The translations under genes were made by a program, and so were the position numbers. From NCBI RefSeq assembly GCF_009914755.1, contig NC_060925.1: a stretch of DNA of 64,000 nucleotides. One strand, written 5' to 3'. Below the pieces are notes generated by a model that worked only from the letters and a program-made list of their open reading frames with translations, did not search any database and had not been told where the DNA came from. Positions 1 to 12,668 of the stretch are shown here, piece by piece. Origin of the DNA: the human T2T-CHM13v2.0 reference genome, Homo sapiens. Position 1 is the first letter of the stretch. Each line of letters begins with the position of its first letter.

Positions 1-80
1 ATCATCCAACGGAAGCTAATGGAATCAACATCGAATGAATCAAATGGAAACACCATCGAATTGAAACGAATGGAATTATC

Positions 81-1856
81 ATGAAATTGAAATGGATGGA
101 CTCATCATCGAATGGATTCGAATGGAATCATCGAATAAAATTGATTGAAATCATCATCGAATGGAATCGAATGGTATCATTGAATGGAATCGAATGGAAT
201 CATCATCAGATGGAAATGAATGGAATCGTCATAGAATGGAATCGAATGGATTCATTGAATGGAATCAGATGGAATCATCGAATGGACTGGAATGGAATCA
301 TTGAATGGACTCGAAAGGGATCATTATTGAATGGAATTGAATGGAATCATTGAATGGTCTCGATTGGAATCATTATCAAATGGAATCGAATGGAATCACC
401 GAATAGAATCGTATAGAACAATCATCGAATGGACTCAAATGGAATTATCCTCAAATGGAATCGAATGGAATTATCGAATGCAATCGAATGGAATTATCGA
501 ATGCAATCGAATAGAATCATCGAATGGACTCGAATGGAATCATCGAATGGAATGGAATGGAACAGTCAATGAACTCGAATGGAATCATCATTGAATGGAA
601 TCGAATGGAATCATCGAGTGGAATCGAATGGAATTATGATCAAATGGAATCGAATGTAATCATCATCAAATGGAATCAAAAATAACCATCATCAATTGGT
701 ATTGAATGGAATTGTCATCAAATGGAATTCAAAGGAATCATCATCAAATGGAACCGAATGGAATCCTCATTGAATGGAAATGAAAGGGGTCATCATCTAA
801 TGGAATCGCATGGAATCATCATCAAATGGAATCGAATGGAATCATCATCAAATGGAATCTAATGGAATCATTGAACAGAATTGAATGGAATCGTCATCGA
901 ATGAATTGAATGCAATCATCGAATGGTCTCGAATGGAATCATCTTCTAATGGAAAGGAATGGAATCATCGCATAGAATCGAATGGAATTATCATCGAATG
1001 GAATCGAATGGTATCAACACCAAACGGAAAAAAACGGAATTATCGAATGGAATCGAAGAGAATCTTCGAACGGACCCGAATGGAATCATCTAATGGAATG
1101 GAATGGAATAATCCATGGACTCGAATGCAATCATCATCGAATGGAATGGAATGGAATCATCGAATGGACTCGAATGGAATAATCATTGAACGGAATCGAA
1201 TGGAATCATCATCGGATGGAAACGAATGGAATCATCATCGAATGGAAATGAAAGGAGTCATCATCTAATGGAATTGCATGGAATCATCATAAAATGGAAT
1301 CGAATGGAATCAACATCAAATGGAATCAAATGGAATCATTGAACGGAATTGAATGGAATCGTCATCGAATGAATTGACTGCAATCATCGAATGGTCTCGA
1401 ATGGAATCATCTTCAAATGGAATGGAATGGAATCATCGCATAGAATCGAATGGAATTATCATCGAATGGAATCGAATGGAATCAACATCCAACGGAAAAA
1501 AACGGAATTATCGAATGGAATCGAAGAGAATCATCGAATGGACCCGAATGGAATCATCTAATGGAATGGAATGGAATAATCCATGGACTCGAATGCAATC
1601 ATCATCGAATGGAATCGAATGGAATCATCGAATGGACTCGAATGGAATAATCATTGAACGGAATCGAATGGAATCATCATCGGATGGAAATGAATGGAAT
1701 CATCATCGAATGGAATCGAATAGAATTATGGAATGAAATCCAGTGTGATCATCATCGAAAGGACCCGAATGGAATCATCATCCAACGGAAGCTAATGGAA
1801 TCAACATCGAATGAATCGAATGGAAACACCATCGAATTGAAACGAATGGAATTATC
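81..1856 (+). repeat. Canonical 1776-bp higher-order unit (reference copy; phase set arbitrarily at ATGAAATTGAAATGG)
   Basis: The landmark recurs at 81, 1857, 3243, 5019, 6795, 9039, 10815, 12669, 14445, 15831, 17607, 19383, 21604, 23380, 26560, 27946, 30190, 31576, 34415, 37566, 39808, 41584, 43354, 45598, 47368, 49144, 51398, 53616, 55859, 59120, 60896 and 62672. The modal spacing is 1776 bp. There is one GAATTC per unit (725-730 here). Confidence 0.95.
773..1708 (+). repeat. Internal 468-bp module, two diverged tandem copies per canonical unit
   Basis: AATGGAAATGAAAGG occurs at 773 and 1241. ATGGAATCGTCATCG occurs at 885 and 1353. CGGAAAAAAACGG and CCATGG occur once per module. All are offset by 468 bp. 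Confidence 0.95.
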
Positions 1857-3242
1857 ATGAAATTGAAATGGATGGACTCATCATCGAATGGATTCGAATG
1901 GAATCATCGAATAAAATTGATTGAAATCATCATCGAATGGAATCGAATGGTATCATTGAATGGAATCGAATGTAATCATCCTCAGATGGAAATGAATGGA
2001 ATCGTCATAGAATGGAATCGAATGGATTCATTGAATGGAATCAGATGGAATCATCGAATGGACTGGAATGGAATCATTGAATGGACTCGAAAGGGATCAT
2101 GATTGAATGGAATTGAATGGAATCATCGAATGGTCTCGATTGGAATCGTTATCAAATGGAATCGAATGGAATCACCGAATAGAATCGAATGGAACAATCA
2201 TCGAATGGACTCAAATGGAATTATCCTCCAATGGAATCGAATGGAATTATCGAATGCAATCGAATGGAATTATCGAATGCAATCGAATAGAATCATCGAA
2301 TGGACTCGAATGGAATCATCGAATGGAATGGAATGGAACAGTCAATGAACTCGAATGGAATCATCATTGAATGGAATCGAATGGAATCATCGAGTGGAAT
2401 CGAATGGAATTATGATCAAATGGAATCGAATGTAATCATCATCAAATGGAATCAAAAATAACCATCATCAATTGGTATCGAATGGAATTGTCATCAAATG
2501 GAATTCAAAGGAATCATCATCAAATGGAACCGAATGGAATCCTCATTGAATGGAAATGAAAGGGGTCATCATCTAATGGAATCGCATGGAATCATCATCA
2601 AATGGAATCGAATGGAATCATCATCAAATGGAATCTAATGGAATCATTGAACAGAATTGAATGGAATCGTCATCGAATGAATTGAATGCAATCATCGAAT
2701 GGTCTCGAATGGAATCATCTTCTAATGGAAAGGAATGGAATCATCGCATAGAATCGAATGGAATTATCATCGAATGGAATCGAATGGTATCAACACCAAA
2801 CGGAAAAAAACGGAATTATCGAATGGAATCGAAGAGAATCTTCGAACGGACCCGAATGGAATCATCTAATGGAATGGAATGGAATAATCCATGGACTCGA
2901 ATGCAATCATCATCGAATGGAATCGAATGGAATCATCGAATGGACTCGAATGGAATAATCATTGAACGGAATCGAATGGAATCATTATCAGATGGAAACG
3001 AATGGAATCATCATCGAATGGAAATGAAAGGAGTCATCATCTAATGGAATTGCATGGAATCATCATAAAATGGAATCGAATGGAATCATCATCGAATGGA
3101 ATCGAATAGAATTATGGAATGAAATCCAGTGTGATCATCATCGAATGGACCCGAATGGAATCATCATCCAACGGAAGCTAATGGAATCAACATCGAATGA
3201 ATCGAATGGAAACACCATCGAATTGAAACGAATGGAATTATC
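1857..3242 (+). repeat. 1386-bp short variant unit (1776-390); other copies at 14445-15830, 26560-27945, 30190-31575
   Basis: Landmark spacing is 1386 bp. Only one module body is present, and CATAAAATGGAATCGAATGGAATC joins directly to ATCATCGAATGGAATCGAATAGAATT. Confidence 0.92.
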
Positions 3243-6200
3243 ATGAAATTGAAATGGATGGACTCATCATCGAATGGATTCGAATGGAATCATCGAATAA
3301 AATTGATTGAAATCATCATCAAATGGAATCGGATGGTATCATTGAATGGAATCGAATGGAATCATCATCAGATGGAAATGAATGGAATCGTCATAGAATG
3401 GAATCGAATGGATTCATTGAATGGAATCAGATGGAATCATCGAATGGACTGGAATGGAATCATTGAATGGACTCGAAAGGGATCATGATTGAATGGAATT
3501 GAATGGAATCATCGAATGGTCTCGATTGGAATCATTATCAAATGGAATCGAATGGAATCACCGAATAGAATCGAATGGAACAATCATCGAATGGACTCAA
3601 ATGGAATTATCCTCCAATGGAATCGAATGGAATTATCGAATGCAATCGAATGGAATTATCGAATGCAATCGAATAGAATCATCGAATGGACTCGAATGGA
3701 ATCATCGAATGGAATGGAATGGAACAGTCAATGAACTCGAATGGAATCATCATTGAATGGAATCCAATGGAATCATCGAGTGGAATCGAATGGAATTATG
3801 ATCAAATGGAATCGAATGTAATCATCATCAAATGGAATCAAAAATAACCATCATCAATTGGTATTGAATGGAATTGTCATCAAATGGAATTCAAAGGAAT
3901 CATCATCAAATGGAACCGAATGGAATCCTCATTGAATGGAAATGAAAGGGGTCATCATCTAATGGAATCGCATGGAATCATCATCAAATGGAATCGAATG
4001 GAATCATCATCAAATGGAATCTAATGGAATCATTGAACAGAATTGAATGGAATCGTCATCGAATGAATTGAATGCAATCATCGAATGGTCTCGAATGGAA
4101 TCATCTTCTAATGGAAAGGAATGGAATCATCGCATAGAATCGAATGGAATTATCATCGAATGGAATCGAATGGTATCAACACCAAACGGAAAAAAACGGA
4201 ATTATCGAATGGAATCGAAGAGAATCTTCGAACGGACCCGAATGGAATCATCTAATGGAATGGAATGGAATAATCCATGGACTCGAATGCAATCATCATC
4301 GAATGGAATGGAATGGAATCATCGAATGGACTCGAATGGAATAATCATTGAACGGAATCGAATGGAATCATCATCGGATGGAAACGAATGGAATCATCAT
4401 CGAATGGAAATGAAAGGAGTCATCATCTAATGGAATTGCATGGAATCATCATAAAATGGAATCGAATGGAATCAACATCAAATGGAATCAAATGGAATCA
4501 TTGAACGGAATTGAATGGAATCGTCATCGAATGAATTGACTGCAATCATCGAATGGTCTCGAATGGAATCACCTTCAAATGGAATGGAATGGAATCATCG
4601 CATAGAATCGAATGGACTTATCATCGAATGGAATCGAATGGAATCAACATCAAACGGAAAAAAACGGAATTATCGAATGGAATCGAAGAGAATCATCGAA
4701 TGGACCCGAATGGAATCATCTAATGGAATGGAATGGAATAATCCATGGACTCGAATGCAATCATCATCGAATGGAATCGAATGGAATCATCCAATGGACT
4801 CGAATGGAATAATCATTGAACGGAATCGAATGGAATCATCATCGGATGGAAATGAATGGAATCATCATCGAATGGAATCGAATAGAATTATGGAATGAAA
4901 TCCAGTGTGATCATCATCGAATGGACCCGAATGGAATCATCATCCAACGGAAGCTAATGGAATCAACATCGAATGAATCGAATGGAAACACCATCGAATT
5001 GAAACGAATGGAATTATCATGAAATTGAAATGGATGGACTCATCATCGAATGGATTCGAATGGAATCATCGAATAAAATTGATTGAAATCATCATCGAAT
5101 GGAATCGAATGGTATCATTGAATGGAATCGAATGGAATCATCATCAGATGGAAATGAATGGAATCGTCATAGAATGGAATCGAATGGATTCATTGAATGG
5201 AATCAGATGGAATCATCGAATGGACTGGAATGGAATCATTGAATGGACTCGAAAGGGATCATGATTGAATGGAATTGAATGGAATCATCGAATGGTCTCG
5301 ATTGGAATCATTATCAAATGGAATCGAATGGAATCACCGAATACAATCGAATGGAACAATCATCGAATGGACTCAAATGGAATTATCCTCAAATGGAATC
5401 GAATGGAATTATCGAATGCAATCGAATTGAATTATCGAATGCAATCGAATAGATTCATCGAATGGACTCGAATGGAATCATCGAATGGAATGGAATGGAA
5501 CAGTCAATGAACACGAATGGAATCATCATTGAATGGAATCGAATGGAATCATCGAGTGGAATCGAATGGAATTATGATCAAATGGAATGGAATGTAATCA
5601 TCATCAAATGGAATCAAAAATAACCATCATCAATTGGTATTGAATGGAATTGTCATCAAATGGAATTCAAAGGAATCATCATCAAATGGAACCGAATGGT
5701 ATCCTCATTGAATGGAAATGAAAGGGGTCATCATCTAATGGAATCGCATGGAATCATCATCAAATGGAATCGAATGGAATCATCATCAAATGGAATCTAA
5801 TGGAATCATTGAACAGAATTGAATGGAATCGTCATCGAATGAATTGAATGCAATCATCGAATGGTCTCGAATGGAATCATCTTCTAATGGAAAGGAATGG
5901 AATCATCGCATAGAATCGAATGGAATTATCATCGAATGGAATCGAATGGTATCAACACCAAACGGAAAAAAACGGAATTATCGAATGGAATCGAAGAGAA
6001 TCTTCGAACAGACCCGAATGGAATCATCTAATGGAATGGAATGGAATAATCCATGGACTCGAATGCAATCATCATCGAATGGAATCGAATGGAATCATCG
6101 AATGGACTCGAATGGAATAATCATTGAACGGAATCGAATGGAATCATCATCGGATGGAAACGAATGGAATCGTCATCGAATGGAAATGAAAGGATTCATC

Positions 6201-6794
6201 ATCTAATGGAATTGCATGGAATCATCATAAAATGGAATCGAATGGAATCAACATCAAATGGAATCAAATGGAATCATTGAACGGAATTGAATGGAATCGT
6301 CATCGAATGAATTGACTGCAATCATCGAATGGTCTCGAATGGAATCATCTTCAAATGGAATGGAATGGAATCATCGCATAGAATCGAATGGAATTATCAT
6401 CGAATGGAATCGAATGGAATCAACATCAAACGGAAAAAAACGGAATTATCGAATGGAATCGAAGAGAATCATCGAATGGACCCGAATGGAATCATCTAAT
6501 GGAATGGAATGGAATAATCCATGGACTCGAATGCAATCATCATCGAATGGAATCGAATGGAATCATCGAATGGACTCGAATGGAATAATCATTGAACGGA
6601 ATCGAATGGAATCATCATCGGATGGAAATGAATGGAATCATCATCGAATGGAATCGAATAGAATTATGGAATGAAATCCAGTGTGATCATCATCGAATGG
6701 ACCCGAATGGAATCATCATCCAACGGAAGCTAATGGAATCAACATCGAATGAATCAAATGGAAACACCATCGAATTGAAACGAATGGAATTATC

Positions 6795-9038
6795 ATGAAA
6801 TTGAAATGGATGGACTCATCATCGAATGGATTCGAATGGAATCATCGAATAAAATTGATTGAAATCATCATCGAATGGAATCGAATGGTATCATTGAATG
6901 GAATCGAATGGAATCATCATCAGATGGAAATGAATGGAATCGTCATAGAATGGAATCGAATGGATTCATTGAATGGAATCAGATGGAATCATCGAATGGA
7001 CTGGAATGGAATCATTGAATGGACTCGAAAGGGATCATGATTGAATGGAATTGAATGGAATCATCGAATGGTCTCGATTGGAATCATTATCAAATGGAAT
7101 CGAATGGAATCACCGAATAGAATCGAATGGAACAATCATCGAATGGACTCAAATGGAATTATCCTCAAATGGAATCGAATGGAATTATCGAATGCAATCG
7201 AATGGAATTATCGAATGCAATCGAATAGAATCATCGAATGGACTCGAATGGAATCATCGAATGGAATGGAATGGAACAGTCAATGAACTCGAATGGAATC
7301 ATCATTGAATGGAATCGAATGGAATCATCGAGTGGAATCGAATGGAATTATGATCAAATGGAATCGAATGTAATCATCATCAAATGGAATAAAAAATAAC
7401 CATCATCAATTGGTATTGAATGGAATTGTCATCAAATGGAATTCAAAGGAATCATCATCAAATGGAACCGAATGGAATCCTCATTGAATGGAAATGAAAG
7501 GGGTCATCATCTAATGGAATCGCATGGAATCATCATCAAATGGAATCGAAGGGAATCATCATCAAATGGAATCTAATGGAATCATTGAACAGAATTGAAT
7601 GGAATCGTCATCGAATGAATTGAATGCAATCATCGAATGGTCTCGAATGGAATCATCTTCTAATGGAAAGGAATGGAATCATCGCATAGAATCGAATGGA
7701 ATTATCATCGAATGGAATCGAATGGTATCAACACCAAACGGAAAAAAACGGAATTATCGAATGGAATCGAAGAGAATCTTCGAACAGACCCGAATGGAAT
7801 CATCTAATGGAATGGAATGGAATAATCCATGGACTCGAATGCAATCATCATCGAATGGAATGGAATGGAATCATCGAACGGACTCGAATGGAATAATCAT
7901 TGAACGGAATCGAATGGAATCATCATCGGATGGAAACGAATGGAATCATCATCGAATGGAAATGAAAGGAGTCATCATCTAATGGAATTGCATGGAATCA
8001 TCATAAAATGGAATCGAATGGAATCAACATCAAATGGAATCAAATGGAATCATTGAACGGAATTGAATGGAATCGTCATCGAATGAATTGAATGCAATCA
8101 TCGAATGGTCTCGAATGGAATCATCTTCAAAAGAAATGGAATGGAATCATCGCATAGAATCGAATGGAATTATCATCGAATGGAATCGAATGGAATCAAC
8201 ATCAAACGGAAAAAAACGGAATTATCGAATGGAATCGAAGAGAATCATCGAAAGGACCCGAATGGAATCATCTAATGGAATGGAATGGAATAATCCATGG
8301 ACTCGAATGCAATCATCATCGAATGGAATCGAATGGAATCATCGAATGGACTCGAATGGAATAATCATTGAACGGAATCGAATGGAATCATCATCGGATG
8401 GAAATGAATGGAATCATCATCGAGTGGAAATGAAAGGAGTCATCATCTAATGCAATTGCATGGAATCATCATAAAATGGAATCGAATGGAATCAACATCA
8501 AATGGAATCTAATGGAATCATTGAACAGAATTGAATGGAATCGTCATCGAATGAATTGACTGCAATCATCGAATGGTCTCGAATGGAATCATCTTCAAAT
8601 GGAATGGAATGGAATCATCGCATAGAATCGAATGGAATTATCATCGAATGGAATCGAATGGAATCAACATCAAACGGAAAAAAACGGAATTATCGAATGG
8701 AATCGAAGAGAATCATCGAATGGACCCGAATGGAATCATCTAATGGAATGGAATGGAATAATCCATGGACTCGAATGCAATCATCATCGAATGGAATCGA
8801 ATGGAATCATCGAATGGACTCGAATGGAATAATCATTGAACGGAATTGAATGGAATCATCATCGGATGGAAATGAATGGAATCATCATCGAATGGAATCG
8901 AATAGATTTATGGAATGAAATCCAGTGTGATCATCATCGAATGGACCCGAATGGAATCATCATCCAACGGAAGCTAATGGAATCAACATCGAATGAATCA
9001 AATGGAAACACCATCGAATTGAAACGAATGGAATTATT
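6795..9038 (+). repeat. 2244-bp three-module variant unit (1776+468); same class at 19383, 27946, 37566, 43354, 49144, 51398, 53616 (some with small indels)
   Basis: Module starts at 7599, 8067 and 8535 are spaced 468 bp apart, and the landmark spacing is 2244 bp. Confidence 0.92.
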
Positions 9039-10814
9039 ATGAAATTGAAATGGATGGACTCATCATCGAATGGATTCGAATGGAATCATCGAATAAAATT
9101 GATTGAAATCATCATCGAATGGAATCGAATGGTATCATTGAATGGAATCGAATGGAATCATCATCAGATGGAAATGAATGGAATCGCCATAGAATGGAAT
9201 CGAATGGATTCATTGAATGGAATCAGATGGAATCATCGAATGGACTGGAATGGAATCATTGAATGGACTCGAAAGGGATCATGATTGAATGGAATTGAAT
9301 GGAATCATCGAATGGTCTCGATTGGAATCATTATCAAATGGAATCGAATGGAATCACCGAATAGAATCGAATGGAACAATCATCGAATGGACTCAAATGG
9401 AATTATCCTCAAATGGAATCGAATGGAATTATCGAATGCAATCGAATGGAATTATCGAATGCAATCGAATAGAATCATCGAATGGACTCGAATGGAATCA
9501 TCGAATGGAATGGAATGGAACAGTCAATGAACTCGAATGGAATCATCATTGAATGGAATCGAATGGAATCATCAAGTGGAATCGAATGGAATTATGATCA
9601 AATGGAATCGAATGTAATCATCATCAAATGGAATCAAAAATAACCATCATCAATTGGTATTGAATGGAATTGTCATCAAATGGAATTCAAAGGAATCATC
9701 ATCAAATGGAACCGAATGGAATCCTCATTGAATGGAAATGAAAGGGGTCATCATCTAATGGAATCGCATGGAATCATCATCAAATGGAATCGAATGGAAT
9801 CATCATCAAATGGAATCTAATGGAATCATTGAACAGAATTGAATGGAATCGTCATCGAATGAATTGAATGCAATCATCGAATGGTCTCGAATGGAATCAT
9901 CTTCTAATGGAAAGGAATGGAATCATCGCATAGAATCGAATGGAATTATCATCGAATGGAATCGAATGGTATCAACACCAAACGGAAAAAAACGGAATTA
10001 TCGAATGGAATCGAAGAGAATCTTCGAACGGACCCGAATGGAATCATCTAATGGAATGGAATGGAATAATCCATGGACTCGAATGCAATCATCATCGAAT
10101 GGAATCGAATGGAATCATCGAATGGACTCGAATGGAATAATCATTGAACGGAATCGAATGGAATCATCATCGGATGGAAACGAATGGAATCATCATCGAA
10201 TGGAAATGAAAGGAGTCATCATCTAATGGAATTGCATGGAATCATCATAAAATGGAATCGAATGGAATCAACATCAAATGGAATCAAATGGAATCATTGA
10301 ACGGAATTGAATGGAATCGTCATCGAATGAATTGACTGCAATCATCGAATGGTCTCGAATGGAATCATCTTCAAATGGAATGGAATGGAATCATCGCATA
10401 GAATCGAATGGAATTATCATCGAATGGAATCGAATGGAATCAACATCAAACGGAAAAAAACGGAATTATCGAATGGAATCGAAGAGAATCATCGAATGGA
10501 CCCGAATGGAATCATCTAATGGAATGGAATGGAATAATCCATGGACTCGAATGCAATCATCATCGAATGGAATCGAATGGAATCATCGAATGGACTCGAA
10601 TGGAATAATCATTGAACGGAAACGAATGGAATCATCATCGGATGGAAATGAATGGAATCATCATCGAATGGAATCGAATAGAATTATGGAATGAAATCCA
10701 GTGTGATCATCATCGAATGGACCCGAATGGAATCATCATCCAACGGAAGCTAATGGAATCAACATCGAATGAATCAAATGGAAACACCATCGAATTGAAA
10801 CGAATGGAATTATC

Positions 10815-12668
10815 ATGAAATTGAAATGGATGGACTCATCATCGAATGGATTCGAATGGAATCATCGAATAAAATTGATTGAAATCATCATCAAATGGAA
10901 TCGAATGGTATCATTGAATGGAATCGAATGGAATCATCATCAGATGGAAATGAATGGAATCGTCATAGAATGGAATCGAATGGATTCATTGAATGGAATC
11001 AGATGGAATCATCGAATGGACTGGAATGGAATCATTGAATGGACTCGAAAGGGATCATGATTGAATGGAATTGAATGGAATCATCGAATGGTCTCGATTG
11101 GAATCATTATCAAATGGAATCGAATGGAATCACCGAATAGAATCGAATGGAACAATCATCGAATGGACTCAAATGGAATTATCCTCCAATGGAATCGAAT
11201 GGAATTATCGAATGCAATCGAATGGAATTATCGAATGCAATCGAATAGAATCATCGAATGGACTCGAATGGAATCATCGAATGGAATGGAATGGAACAGT
11301 CAATGAACTCGAATGGAATCATCATTGAATGGAATCGAATGGAATCATCAAGTGGAATCGAATGGAATTATGATCAAATGGAATCGAATGTAATCATCAT
11401 CAAATGGAATCAAAAATAACCATCATCAATTGGTATTGAATGGAATTGTCATCAAATGGAATTCAAAGGAATCATCATCAAATGGAACCGAATGGAATCC
11501 TCATTGAATGGAAATGAAAGGGGTCATCATCTAATGGAATCGCATGGAATCATCATCAAATGGAATCGAAGGGAATCATCATCAAATGGAATCTAATGGA
11601 ATCATTGAACAGAATTGAATGGAATCGTCATCGAATGAATTGAATGCAATCATCGAATGGTCTCGAATGGAATCATCTTCTAATGGAAAGGAATGGAATC
11701 ATCGCATAGAATCGAATGGAATTATCATCGAATGGAATCGAATGGTATCAACACCAAACGGAAAAAAACGGAATTATCGAATGGAATCGAAGAGAATCTT
11801 CGAACAGACCCGAATGGAATCATCTAATGGAATGGAATGGAATAATCCATGGACTCGAATGCAATCATCATCGAATGGAATGGAATGGAATCATCGAATG
11901 GACTCGAATGGAATAATCATTGAACGGAATCGAATGGAATCATCATCGGATGGAAACGAATGGAATCATCATCGAATGGAAATGAAAGGAGTCATCATCT
12001 AATGGAATTGCATGGAATCATCATAAAATGGAATCGAATGGAATCAACATCAAATGGAATCAAATGGAATCATTGAACGGAATTGAATGGAATCGTCATC
12101 GAATGAATTGAATGCAATCATCGAATGGTCTCGAATGGAATCATCTTCAAAAGAAATGGAATGGAATCATCGCATAGAATCGAATGGAATTATCATCGAA
12201 TGGAATCGAATGGAATCAACATCAAACGGAAAAAAACGGAATTATCGAATGGAATCGAAGAGAATCATCGAAAGGACCCGAATGGAATCATCTAATGGAA
12301 TGGAATGGAATAATCCATGGACTCGAATGCAATCATCATCGAATGGAATCGAATGGAATCATCGAATGGACTCGAATGGAATAATCATTGAACGGAATCG
12401 AATGGAATCATCATCGGATGGAAATGAATGGAATCATCATCGAGTGGAAATGAAAGGAGTCATCATCTAATGCAATTGCATGGAATCATCATAAAATGGA
12501 ATCGAATGGAATCAACATCAAATGGAATCGAATAGAATTATGGAATGAAATCCAGTGTGATCATCATCGAATGGACCCGAATGCAATCATCATCCAACGG
12601 AAGCTAATGGAATCAACATCGAATGAATCGAATGGAAACACCATCGAATTGAAACGAATGGAATTATC
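10815..12668 (+). repeat. 1854-bp variant unit (2244-390)
   Basis: Two full modules (11619, 12087) are followed by a jump to the unit tail at ~12530. Landmark spacing is 1854 bp. Confidence 0.9.

Noticed and set aside
134-139. AATAAA polyadenylation-like hexamer once per unit
   Set aside because: There is no downstream GU/U-rich element or gene context, and it cannot be supported without transcript 3'-end data.
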